Below, piece after piece: positions 8,023 to 16,394 of a stretch of DNA of 35,077 nucleotides. Position 1 is the stretch's first letter. Every line of letters starts with the position of its first letter. The position numbers were made by a program, and so were the translations under genes. The notes beneath the pieces are model-generated. The model was not told where the DNA came from. It did not search any database and worked only from the letters and a program-made list of their open reading frames with translations. The DNA lies in IMG/VR virus record IMGVR_UViG_3300017754_004223, positions 1-35,077 of that record. One strand, 5' to 3'. The DNA comes from a virus (lineage: Duplodnaviria > Caudoviricetes).

Positions 8023-9243
8023 ATGAACAACAAATTAAAATATTTATTTGGTTTTTTGAACTATACAAAAATTGATGAGTTACAAATAATTTATGATTAT
8101 GATTATTCCTACCATGATGATACCACTTATCAGGTAAAAAAAAATGGAAGATGGATGAGGCCTAGTTCTATTTCAGATTTTCTACCTAGTAACTCTCAAA
8201 AAACTTTAAAATCATTAATCGATAGTAAATTTAGTGTCATACATTCATTTGTAAATCTTGATATAGATGAATGGTGGAAATTGGTGTTAAACATTCAGCC
8301 AAAAGAAAATAAAATAAGTTTTGATGTACATTATAAAGACTTTAAATATAAAAAATTTAACAAAAGTTATAGAAAACAAGATTTTGAACCTAGATTAATA
8401 AAAGATGTTGAGAACATAATGATTTCATTCGAAACTGAATTGTTATCAATCATTTTTCAGGGTTCATGGGGAGAAACAAATGTATATGAAATTTATGATG
8501 ATGGATATAAAGTTCAAAACGAATATTTGAGACAATACAAAAATGAATTACAACATGTTACTTATAATTTAATGTCATTTGCTTATGGTAAGTATTGGGA
8601 TGATTCATGGGGTGGTCAGGGTGAAATTGAAATAAGTGAAGATTATATTGATATCGAATTTGAACAAAGAGATGAAATATGGAAAGAATTGAAAAATGTA
8701 ATTGTTTATGAGTATAAGAATATTGATAATCAATCAATCAATGAAAATATCGAAATTGACGAATTTGACGAATTTGACGATAAAACATTCAATAAAATTG
8801 AATCTCTTCTTAAAAGAAAATTTCCATTTATATTAGGTATTCAAAAAGACGGTTATCGAAAAAATGTTTACACAAATAAAGATACATTATATGTAAAAGT
8901 TATTGTTGATCTTGAAAAAGTTAAAAATTATTACAAAACTGATTTCCATGAAACGTATTATAATAATCCGTATCTTTTCAAAACCTTTGAGGATACAGAA
9001 AGAACTTTTTTATTCACTCCTTTTTTAATGAATGATAAGGACAGGTTAGTTAATTTCAATTACAATTTCGATAAATATACAAATCTTTTGATATCTAAAA
9101 TTCCAAATTTAGGGGGGAAAAAGTTACCTGAAATATCAATTAAAACTATTGTCTACAAATTTGATTGGAGAAAATACTACAACCCCAAAGAATATTTTTT
9201 TAATTTACATGGATTTTACCCAACCGATAGTTTTTGGACATAA
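8023..9243 (+). CDS. Hypothetical two-module protein
   Basis: 406 aa; internal SINENIE acidic linker; TATTTAT at 8007-8013. Confidence 0.85.
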   Translation: MNNKLKYLFGFLNYTKIDELQIIYDYDYSYHDDTTYQVKKNGRWMRPSSISDFLPSNSQKTLKSLIDSKFSVIHSFVNLDIDEWWKLVLNIQPKENKISFDVHYKDFKYKKFNKSYRKQDFEPRLIKDVENIMISFETELLSIIFQGSWGETNVYEIYDDGYKVQNEYLRQYKNELQHVTYNLMSFAYGKYWDDSWGGQGEIEISEDYIDIEFEQRDEIWKELKNVIVYEYKNIDNQSINENIEIDEFDEFDDKTFNKIESLLKRKFPFILGIQKDGYRKNVYTNKDTLYVKVIVDLEKVKNYYKTDFHETYYNNPYLFKTFEDTERTFLFTPFLMNDKDRLVNFNYNFDKYTNLLISKIPNLGGKKLPEISIKTIVYKFDWRKYYNPKEYFFNLHGFYPTDSFWT

Positions 9244-9261
9244 AAAAATAAGGAGTAAATT

Positions 9262-9681
9262 GTGAAAATAAAAATACCAAAAAAATTTGTAAATCATTTA
9301 TTGAATCTCTACCAAGATTTGGGTCTTGATTATGATGATGCAAAACAAGAACTTGGAGATCTTATAAATTTTATGAACTCATTACCCAAAGAAATTTATT
9401 TATATAGAATAATTCAACTTGATGGTTTAAATACTTTAGATACTAAAAAATTGGGAATCCATTATTCATATGATAAAAAAAATTTAATTGATTCCCATTA
9501 CATAAAAAATTTTAGTTACTCAAATAAAAAACAAACAGTCATTGTGACAGTTAAAGTAAGTAAAAAACAAATTGATATTATTGAAACTTTGTCCAATAAT
9601 ATTTTATACCCTAATGAAAAAGAAATAACTTTAATCGATGAGGGTCATGGAGTTACAATAATTGATGTTGAGGAATTATAA
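9262..9681 (+). CDS. Possible ADP-ribosyltransferase-like (R-S-E) protein
   Basis: IYLYR ... GIHYSY ... NEKEITL in the expected order. Confidence 0.45.
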   Translation: MKIKIPKKFVNHLLNLYQDLGLDYDDAKQELGDLINFMNSLPKEIYLYRIIQLDGLNTLDTKKLGIHYSYDKKNLIDSHYIKNFSYSNKKQTVIVTVKVSKKQIDIIETLSNNILYPNEKEITLIDEGHGVTIIDVEEL

Positions 9682-9735
9682 TTTTATTAAAAATGGTATA
9701 TTTATATATATAATAAATTTTTGAAACGCAAAAAA

Positions 9736-10047
9736 ATGGCAAAATATTTAAAACTAACAGAATCAGATTTGATAAATTTAATTCATAATATAATTTCTGA
9801 AGAAGAAGAAACAACTTCCGATGTCGAACAAATTTTTCAAGAAAAAGGTATTACACTACCTGAAGCATGCAAAACCAAAGTAGATCAAACAACAGGACAA
9901 GAAACTTCTAATATAAAAGCATGTTTTGATGAATTTTCAAAACAAAATCAAAAGGTTATGGAAATAGCAACCGCACTCCAATCAATGATGACAGAAAAAG
10001 GAATCCAGTCTGAATCAAAATATAGAAATAAATCAAGACGTTGGTAA
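9736..10047 (+). CDS. Leader-family protein (start probably ATG 9736)
   Basis: MAKYLKLTESDLINLIHNIISE; TATTTATA at 9699-9706. Confidence 0.8.
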   Translation: MAKYLKLTESDLINLIHNIISEEEETTSDVEQIFQEKGITLPEACKTKVDQTTGQETSNIKACFDEFSKQNQKVMEIATALQSMMTEKGIQSESKYRNKSRRW

Positions 10048-10073
10048 TATAAATCTATACTTTTTTATTTATA

Positions 10074-10098
10074 AGCCCCACTACAAGTGGGGTTTTTT
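10074..10098 (+). terminator. Rho-independent terminator (CCCCAC family)
   Basis: AGCCCCAC-tacaa-GTGGGGTT plus T-tract. Confidence 0.85.
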
Positions 10099-10121
10099 GT
10101 TAAAATGAGTATTTATATTAT

Positions 10122-10418
10122 ATGAAAATCATCATAACGGAAAAACAAAGAAAAGATGTATTTGAAAAATTTAGAAAAATTTCTGAAATAAAAGAATCCA
10201 TCGAATATCAAATTGAAAAACAAGATCCTTGTGATTTTACAAGTGGGGATGATTACGCAACAACATGTATTAAAGAAGGTATAAAATTTTACTTCCCAAA
10301 CTACAAAAAAAAAGAAAATCCATCGTCAGAAACTGAAAAAATATATCAACTTATGGTAGATGATTATTTTTATAAATTAAAATTTTTATGGAATAAACAT
10401 TCAAAAAACTGTAATTAA
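10122..10418 (+). CDS. Short-leader protein with 'RRL' paralog domain
   Basis: MKIIITEKQ; TATTTATA at 10110-10117. Confidence 0.8.
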   Translation: MKIIITEKQRKDVFEKFRKISEIKESIEYQIEKQDPCDFTSGDDYATTCIKEGIKFYFPNYKKKENPSSETEKIYQLMVDDYFYKLKFLWNKHSKNCN

Positions 10419-10421
10419 AAA

Positions 10422-10550
10422 ATGGCAAAAGAAAAAAAAATTGGAAAAAAACCAAAAAATAAAAAAAACATAAAAAAGAGGTTTAAAACTCTTCAAATGA
10501 ATGAAAAATTAATTAAGTTATTTGTAAATAATTTCAAAGACAATAAATGA
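10422..10550 (+). CDS. Small Lys-rich protein, 42 aa (not in ORF track)
   Basis: MAKEKKIGKKPKNKKNIKKRFKTLQMNEKLIKLFVNNFKDNK; starts 3 nt after the previous stop. Confidence 0.55.
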   Translation: MAKEKKIGKKPKNKKNIKKRFKTLQMNEKLIKLFVNNFKDNK

Positions 10551-10576
10551 ATATTTATAAATAAGGATTGTCACAA

Positions 10577-10879
10577 ATGAATAGTATTTATAGAAGTATC
10601 AAAAAAATTTTAAAAGAAGAATTTTCTAACGATAGTATTGCACTTGAAAATGATAAAATTTTGCAAGTCAATTTAAATGAACTCGATGCTGAAAATAAAA
10701 CTGATAAAATTTGGACTAATTTGGATATATTAATGAGAGAACAAAATTCTGACATGACAAAATTAAAAATACAAAATTTAAAAAAATTAAAAGATTTGGT
10801 TGATCATTTCAGTAGTAAAGGAAAAAATATTCCCTTGTGGTTAAAAAGAAAACAAATTTGTAATAATTGGAAGGTATGA
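10577..10879 (+). CDS. Leader-variant hypothetical protein
   Basis: MNSIYRSIKKILKEE; TATTTATA at 10552-10559. Confidence 0.75.
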   Translation: MNSIYRSIKKILKEEFSNDSIALENDKILQVNLNELDAENKTDKIWTNLDILMREQNSDMTKLKIQNLKKLKDLVDHFSSKGKNIPLWLKRKQICNNWKV

Positions 10880-11385
10880 GTCAAGATTTCTATAATGATA
10901 TAATTTTGAGATTGAAAAATTTATCTAATTCTTTTGAAAGTAACTCAATAATTATTGAAGAATATTTCAGGAGATTAGAAAGAGATGCAAAAAACACCCT
11001 TAATGGGGATACAAAAACAAATTTTATGAAAAAAATTAAAGAAATAAAATTTGGTTTAGTTGAACCAAAAAAAACTTTTATTGAATTTATTAAGGAAAAT
11101 AAAGACACTGTTAGAAGAACCGCTTTTGATTTGATAAAAGAAGATATAAATAAAATAATTATTAAAAGAGAGGAAATTACAAAAAATATCCTAAAAGAAA
11201 TGAACTCTGTAATGACACGAATGGATAATTTTTTTAAACAAAATCATGATACAGTAATGAAATCAAATTTAGCTAAAAGATTTTATTATATTATGGATAA
11301 TAAAATGAAAAAGTCAGTTCCTTTTGAAAAAATGGTACCAATTATGAAATGGTCTCTAAACAAATTAAATGAATCAAAAAAATGA
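10876..11385 (+). CDS. Hypothetical helical protein
   Basis: ATGA overlap with the upstream stop supports start 10876. Confidence 0.75.
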   Translation: MSQDFYNDIILRLKNLSNSFESNSIIIEEYFRRLERDAKNTLNGDTKTNFMKKIKEIKFGLVEPKKTFIEFIKENKDTVRRTAFDLIKEDINKIIIKREEITKNILKEMNSVMTRMDNFFKQNHDTVMKSNLAKRFYYIMDNKMKKSVPFEKMVPIMKWSLNKLNESKK

Positions 11386-11882
11386 AAAAACAAATAAACG
11401 AAGAACTAAATTACATAAAATATCTTTTTGACTATCAAAAAGGAAAAGTTGTATCAGAACAAGTTGTAACAGAAACTACAACTATAAAACCTGTTGATGA
11501 TATACAAAACAACTCAAACAAAAATCCTGAAGAAAATGAAGATACTGAAAAACAAATAAATCAAGTAACTTCCGAGATTTGTGCTAAGAATTCTAAATTG
11601 TGTAATTCATGTATAGACATGGTTAAACAATTGAAATATGGTAAATTAAAAGAAAAGGATGTTGAATCTTGTTTAAATTGTACGACTAAAGTTGGATCTG
11701 AAAAATTAAAATGTGAAAAATTAAAAGCAGATTTAGTTGTAAAATCTGGTCAAGTGGCAACATCGACCCAGAAAAAAGGTTTTAGTGATAAAACTTCAGT
11801 TTGGGTTATGTTAGGTTCGGGTATTTTAAGTTTGTTTAAAGAAATTAAAGATATGGTAACAAGACCTATAAATGGTATGTAA
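11382..11882 (+). CDS. Leader-variant, Cys-rich protein with C-terminal hydrophobic segment
   Basis: MKKQINEELNYIKYLFDY...VVSE; CxxC pairs; VWVMLGSGILSLF. Confidence 0.8.
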   Translation: MKKQINEELNYIKYLFDYQKGKVVSEQVVTETTTIKPVDDIQNNSNKNPEENEDTEKQINQVTSEICAKNSKLCNSCIDMVKQLKYGKLKEKDVESCLNCTTKVGSEKLKCEKLKADLVVKSGQVATSTQKKGFSDKTSVWVMLGSGILSLFKEIKDMVTRPINGM

Positions 11883-11886
11883 AAAA

Positions 11887-12081
11887 ATGATTAATAAAAA
11901 TTTTTTAAAATATTTGATTGTCAATCTAATGAATAAATACGGGTCTTTTATGTGGATTGGTATTCATTTGGGATCCACACAAGTAGATTGGCATTGGGTT
12001 TTAGAAACTTTATTGTGTATTGGGATCAATCTTTTAGTGTTGTATTCTATATTTTTAGAGTGGTCTGAAAAATCAAATTGA
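11887..12081 (+). CDS. Small membrane protein
   Basis: Hydrophobic TLLCIGINLLVLYSIFL; ATG 11887 follows the stop at 11882. Confidence 0.65.
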   Translation: MINKNFLKYLIVNLMNKYGSFMWIGIHLGSTQVDWHWVLETLLCIGINLLVLYSIFLEWSEKSN

Positions 12082-12345
12082 ATCAATAGTATAATTTAAA
12101 ATCAAATTACTCTTTCTATTAATCACTTTCCAACCCAGTTGACATACTAACTCCAAACTATCTGGTAATAACTCAAACGTTTTTTCGATATCACTAACGT
12201 AGACAGTCATATTGACTAAGTAAGAATTTTTACTTCTGATATGACTTATATTTTTTATTTTTATAAAAGAATTGTCACCAAAATAAAGATTGATAGTTTG
12301 TCTCAAAGACCTATTTAAAATTTTTTCATATAACTCTTTCTTCAT
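12073..12345 (-). CDS. Hypothetical protein
   Basis: 90-aa ORF filling the gap, convergent with 11887. Confidence 0.7.
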   Translation of the reverse strand: MKKELYEKILNRSLRQTINLYFGDNSFIKIKNISHIRSKNSYLVNMTVYVSDIEKTFELLPDSLELVCQLGWKVINRKSNLILNYTIDSI

Positions 12346-12456
12346 ATAATAATAATAACTATTCTTTTTTACAAAATAAACTTATGAATGCTAATATCCA
12401 TTATTGATTAGACAACCATACAGTTTATTTTTTGTATTTATATGTAAAAAACTCTT

Positions 12457-14910
12457 ATGAAAAATTTATTACTTTTATTATTATTTCCCTTTTTTGTTTA
12501 TTCACAGTATTGTCCTTTAATAGGACCTGATTTAAACCTACCATGTGGTGTTACTCAAACAACTTTAACTGCTGATCTATCACAATGTGGTCAAGGTGCT
12601 AATCCGAATGGTACATCAAATTATAATGTCACAACAATACCTTATGTTACACAAACAAACAATGGTACTTTAGTTCCTTTGGGTGATGATGTGCAATCAA
12701 ATACATTTAATATTGGTTTTACATTTTGTTATTATGGATCAATTTACACGCAATTTAGAATTGGGTCAAATGGTTGGATTTCATTAGGAGCGGGAGTACA
12801 ACCAGGAACTTTTACATCTGTTGGGCTACCAAATGTAGGCGCTGCTGTCCCTAAAAATTGTATAATGGGTCCTTGGCAAGATTGGAATCCTGGTATAGGA
12901 GGACAAATTAGGTATCAAGTTCAAGGGGTTGCTCCATGTAGAAAATTAGTTGTCAGTTGGATTGGGGTTCCCATGTATTCTTGTACTAATTTACAAGGAA
13001 CTTTTCATATTGTAATTTACGAATCGACTAATGTAATTGAGAACTATATTGCAAATAAACCAAATTGTCCTCAGTGGGCGAACGGGACCGCAGTTCAGGG
13101 TGTTCATAATTTAACAGGTACACAAGCGGTTACTGTACCAGGAAGAAACTCAACACAGTGGACTGCAGTAAATGATGCAAGACGATATACACCATCAGGA
13201 CCCGTAATTCAACCCGTTCTAACTTGGTATCAAGTCGGAAATCCTATATCTATTGGTACAGGTCAAAATATCACAGTTACTCCTCCTTTGGGTGGTGCGT
13301 ATTATACTTGTCATTTAGAATATGGTGCTTGTAATGCTGGTTGGTCAACTTGTAATCAACAAGGAGTTGGTTTAGGTCCTGACACAATTCATGTTGTACC
13401 TACTCCTGTACTACCAACACCAAATGTTGTAATAAATAATCCACTTTGTAATAATAGTTGTGATGGATCAATACTAATAACTCCTGTTGGAGGGAATGGA
13501 GTCCAAACAATTTCATGGAATGGTAACCAAACAGGACTAAATCCAACAGGATTATGTGCGGGGACTTATCTTTTCACATTGTCAGATGCAACTGGTTGTA
13601 ATTATAATGGAACTGCAACACTTATTTCACCACCACCTTTACAACAACCAACAATTTTACCAACTGACCCAACATGTTTTGGTTATTGTGACGGATCTGC
13701 AACTGTAAATCCAGTAGATGGTGTTGCACCATTTACATATCTGTGGAATAACAATCAAACAACACAAACAGCAACAAATCTTTGTTCAGGGAATTATTCT
13801 GTAACGGTTTATGATGCAAATAACTGTCCCGCAACACAAAATACAATACTTGTTGATCCTTCCATGGTTACAATCAACCAAATTACAGGTTCAGACACTG
13901 TATGTTACAACTCTACAACCAATTTATATGACATTACAAGTGTTTTTCCTAACCTTGGGTATGTTTGGTCCACTACAATAGGTAATATCACCTCAGGACA
14001 AGGTACAAATCAAATAAATTTAGATGTCACTGGCGTAAATGGTGGTCTTTACACTAACGCACTATCGGTTATTGGTGTGAATCAACTTGGTTGTCAGTCA
14101 TTACCTCAAACTTTTACAATAGTTGACTTAAATATACTTCCTGTAATAGATCCTGTTGGTCCATTTTGTGAATATGATGAATGTATTACACTAATGGCAA
14201 ACCCATCAGGTGGAAATTTTAGTGGAATGAATGTTTGGGGTGACCAATATTGTCCAAACAACGGATTTATTGGAATAGATCAAGTAAATTATACGTATAA
14301 TCAATCAGGTTGTTGGTTTGATACAAGTATTTTAGTTCAGGTATTCCCGAGACCATTATTAACCCCTGTAGTTAACGGTGTTGTTGGTGAAAATGATACG
14401 TATCATGAGTTATGTGAGGGTGATACTATCACAGATGTCTTTGATGCCATCTCTGTAAGTGGTGGATTTAACGAATGGTACCACTTTGGGGACACAACTG
14501 TCAACCAAACATTAAATATTACATGGGATCAAGACGGAATATTCCAATTTAATGTTGTTAGATGGGATAATGGATGTGTTTCTAACCCACAAAACTTTGT
14601 TGTAACCATAGAATTGTGTCCAAATGAGTTATTTTACATACCAAACGCCTTTACACCTGATGGAGATGAAAGAAATAACACGTTCAAACCTATAATTACG
14701 AGTGGTGTGGACCTTTTTAACTATAGTTTTTACATATACAACCGTTGGGGACAAGTAATTTGGGAATCTTACAACCCAAATACAGGTTGGGATGGTACAT
14801 TTAACACAATAATGTGTCAAGATGGGGTTTATACTTGGAAATTAAGGTTTAAAACTCCTAAAACTGATGAAATCAAACAATTTATAGGAAATTTTACATT
14901 AATTAGATAA
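12457..14910 (+). CDS. Secreted adhesin-like protein with SprB-like repeats and T9SS type-B (gliding motility-associated) C-terminal domain
   Basis: Signal peptide MKNLLLLLLFPFFVYS|Q; repeats PxCxxxCDGS...W...LCxGxY...DAxxC; C-terminus YIPNAFTPDGD..N..F...IYNRWG..IWES...WDG...DGVY...GNFTLIR. Confidence 0.9.
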   Translation: MKNLLLLLLFPFFVYSQYCPLIGPDLNLPCGVTQTTLTADLSQCGQGANPNGTSNYNVTTIPYVTQTNNGTLVPLGDDVQSNTFNIGFTFCYYGSIYTQFRIGSNGWISLGAGVQPGTFTSVGLPNVGAAVPKNCIMGPWQDWNPGIGGQIRYQVQGVAPCRKLVVSWIGVPMYSCTNLQGTFHIVIYESTNVIENYIANKPNCPQWANGTAVQGVHNLTGTQAVTVPGRNSTQWTAVNDARRYTPSGPVIQPVLTWYQVGNPISIGTGQNITVTPPLGGAYYTCHLEYGACNAGWSTCNQQGVGLGPDTIHVVPTPVLPTPNVVINNPLCNNSCDGSILITPVGGNGVQTISWNGNQTGLNPTGLCAGTYLFTLSDATGCNYNGTATLISPPPLQQPTILPTDPTCFGYCDGSATVNPVDGVAPFTYLWNNNQTTQTATNLCSGNYSVTVYDANNCPATQNTILVDPSMVTINQITGSDTVCYNSTTNLYDITSVFPNLGYVWSTTIGNITSGQGTNQINLDVTGVNGGLYTNALSVIGVNQLGCQSLPQTFTIVDLNILPVIDPVGPFCEYDECITLMANPSGGNFSGMNVWGDQYCPNNGFIGIDQVNYTYNQSGCWFDTSILVQVFPRPLLTPVVNGVVGENDTYHELCEGDTITDVFDAISVSGGFNEWYHFGDTTVNQTLNITWDQDGIFQFNVVRWDNGCVSNPQNFVVTIELCPNELFYIPNAFTPDGDERNNTFKPIITSGVDLFNYSFYIYNRWGQVIWESYNPNTGWDGTFNTIMCQDGVYTWKLRFKTPKTDEIKQFIGNFTLIR

Positions 14911-14923
14911 AAAAATACAAAAA

Positions 14924-15133
14924 ATGATGTTTTTAGCGATAAGTTTACTTGTTTTCTCCTTTGTAATCCTTTTTGTTACTATAATTTTGATTATTTGGTG
15001 GAAAAAATACGGAAAAACCATGTATTTTACATTAAAAAAAGGTTTTTTGGGTCCAAAAACGACAAAATTACCTAATTTTGATCAACAAATACAAGATTTT
15101 TACAAAATAATGTCAAAATTTACAAAAAAATAG
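14924..15133 (+). CDS. Small single-TM membrane protein
   Basis: N-terminal hydrophobic helix followed by WWKK. Confidence 0.7.
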   Translation: MMFLAISLLVFSFVILFVTIILIIWWKKYGKTMYFTLKKGFLGPKTTKLPNFDQQIQDFYKIMSKFTKK

Positions 15134-15207
15134 GTCAAAATAACTTTTTTTAGACCTTTTTTTGACAAATAATTGATTGTTTTTTGTGTTTTGAAGGTAA
15201 AAATAAC

Positions 15208-15384
15208 TTATTTTATGGGTAATTTTGTTCTTTTTACACCATTATTTAGGAATTCTTTCTTCCATTTTACTTCAGTTTCAGTAGGATAAACCAAAGATTT
15301 TTTAGGATCAAACTTATAAATTATGGTACAATCATCAAATTCCTTGATTATTTCTTTTTTTGTGTCTACAATTTCTTTTTTCAT
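15208..15384 (-). CDS. Small hypothetical protein, 58 aa (not in ORF track)
   Basis: MKKEIVDTKKEIIKEFDDCTIIYKFDPKKSLVYPTETEVKWKKEFLNNGVKRTKLPIK. Confidence 0.6.
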   Translation of the reverse strand: MKKEIVDTKKEIIKEFDDCTIIYKFDPKKSLVYPTETEVKWKKEFLNNGVKRTKLPIK

Positions 15385-15388
15385 TCTA

Positions 15389-15396
15389 CAAAGATA
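15389..15396 (-). promoter_or_regulatory. Bacteroidota-type -7 promoter element TATCTTTG (TAnnTTTG)
   Basis: Minus strand reads TATCTTTG-taga-ATG before the 15384 start. Confidence 0.45.
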
Positions 15397-15405
15397 AGAA
15401 AAAAA

Positions 15406-15651
15406 TCATACATTTTCTTCTTCTTTAAAAAAATTTGTGAGAAATTTTCCCAAAACACCCAAAATAATTGACGATGCTATCATTACTTTTAACTCTAAGG
15501 GTGTGAAAATTTCTTTTAGATTGTCAAATTGCCAAATTCCGCCTATTGATAATACTGTTGATGCCGCCAAAAGAGAGTCACCAAACTTTCTCCATTTTTT
15601 TGGAGTTGGTTTCCAATAACTTTTTACTAAACCATCTAATTTTTTTTTCAT
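15406..15651 (-). CDS. Two-TM small membrane protein (holin-like topology)
   Basis: Two hydrophobic helices, basic N-terminus, charged C-terminus. Confidence 0.6.
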   Translation of the reverse strand: MKKKLDGLVKSYWKPTPKKWRKFGDSLLAASTVLSIGGIWQFDNLKEIFTPLELKVMIASSIILGVLGKFLTNFFKEEENV

Positions 15652-15779
15652 TATCTACCTTGACCTCTATATTTTTTTGGTTTTTCTTCTTTGGGACCAA
15701 ATTTCTTTTTTAATTTACCAACAGTTTTTTTACCAAAAGTAACTTTAGTTGGGTTTGATGAGTTTGTTTTTTTTAACAT
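15651..15779 (-). CDS. Small basic protein ending KKYRGQGR, 42 aa (not in ORF track)
   Basis: MLKKTNSSNPTKVTFGKKTVGKLKKKFGPKEEKPKKYRGQGR; abuts both neighbours. Confidence 0.75.
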   Translation of the reverse strand: MLKKTNSSNPTKVTFGKKTVGKLKKKFGPKEEKPKKYRGQGR

Positions 15780-15781
15780 TC

Positions 15782-16324
15782 TTATTTACCCTTTACTAAG
15801 TTTATACATTGTTTCAAGTATTCTTTAGCTCTTGGTGAGGGGGTAAACTCATCATCTTTAGTTTGAAGATCCAATATCTTTTGAATATCCTTAACTAGAT
15901 CAGTACCGTGTTCATTTTCTTTATATAGTTCTATGATTTTGTCCATTGCTTGATTACATTGACCTGTAGTTTCATCATAATAATTTTTATTTCTGAATTT
16001 ATTAAGATGGTGCATCATATCATAAGAAAGGTGAGAACCGCCATCTTTAACATCTCTCAATAACCTGATATTATTCAATGCCCCTAATGTATCAACTAAA
16101 TGCCAAACGCCTGAATTTCTTTTTGAGATTCCAGGTGCGTATCTTTGGAAATCATCGGGATTACCCATTATTTCATCTAAAGAAATTACATTCTCAGGTA
16201 CACATCTTGGTTTAGGTTTGTTTTGTACCTTTTTAGACGAATCTTGTTTTAATTCTTGGTTCTCATTTATTGATTTCCTTATCAAAGAAATCAACTCACT
16301 TTCGGTTAATCTTATTTCTTTCAT
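15782..16324 (-). CDS. Leader-family protein
   Basis: MKEIRLTESELISLIRKSINE; minus-strand TATTTATT at 16338-16345. Confidence 0.85.
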   Translation of the reverse strand: MKEIRLTESELISLIRKSINENQELKQDSSKKVQNKPKPRCVPENVISLDEIMGNPDDFQRYAPGISKRNSGVWHLVDTLGALNNIRLLRDVKDGGSHLSYDMMHHLNKFRNKNYYDETTGQCNQAMDKIIELYKENEHGTDLVKDIQKILDLQTKDDEFTPSPRAKEYLKQCINLVKGK

Positions 16325-16337
16325 ACAATTTATTTAA

Positions 16338-16375
16338 AATAAATATTGTTTGTTTATAGATATTGAATATTTATA
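16338..16375. promoter_or_regulatory. Divergent pair of TATTTAT motifs
   Basis: Minus copy at 16338-16345 faces ORF 16324; plus copy at 16368-16375 faces ORF 16395. Confidence 0.7.
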
Positions 16376-16394
16376 CAAATAAATATCTATACCA

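Noticed and set aside
963-10098. Repeated hairpins as integron attC sites or REP elements
   Set aside because: Short GC stems with T-tracts right after genes fit intrinsic terminators; no RYYYAAC/GTTRRRY ends and no integrase seen
10568-11385. Frameshift joining ORFs 10568 and 10867
   Set aside because: Two in-frame TAA codons precede the second ORF, and an ATGA overlap at 10876-10879 fits two coupled genes
15111-15167. Nested inverted repeat (TGTCAAAA..GGTC..GACC..TTTTGACA) as a mobile-element end
   Set aside because: Imperfect and AT-rich; lies between convergent genes, so more simply a weak bidirectional terminator
15406-15651. Firm holin / lysis cassette call
   Set aside because: Only the topology fits; no endolysin or spanin is recognisable nearby
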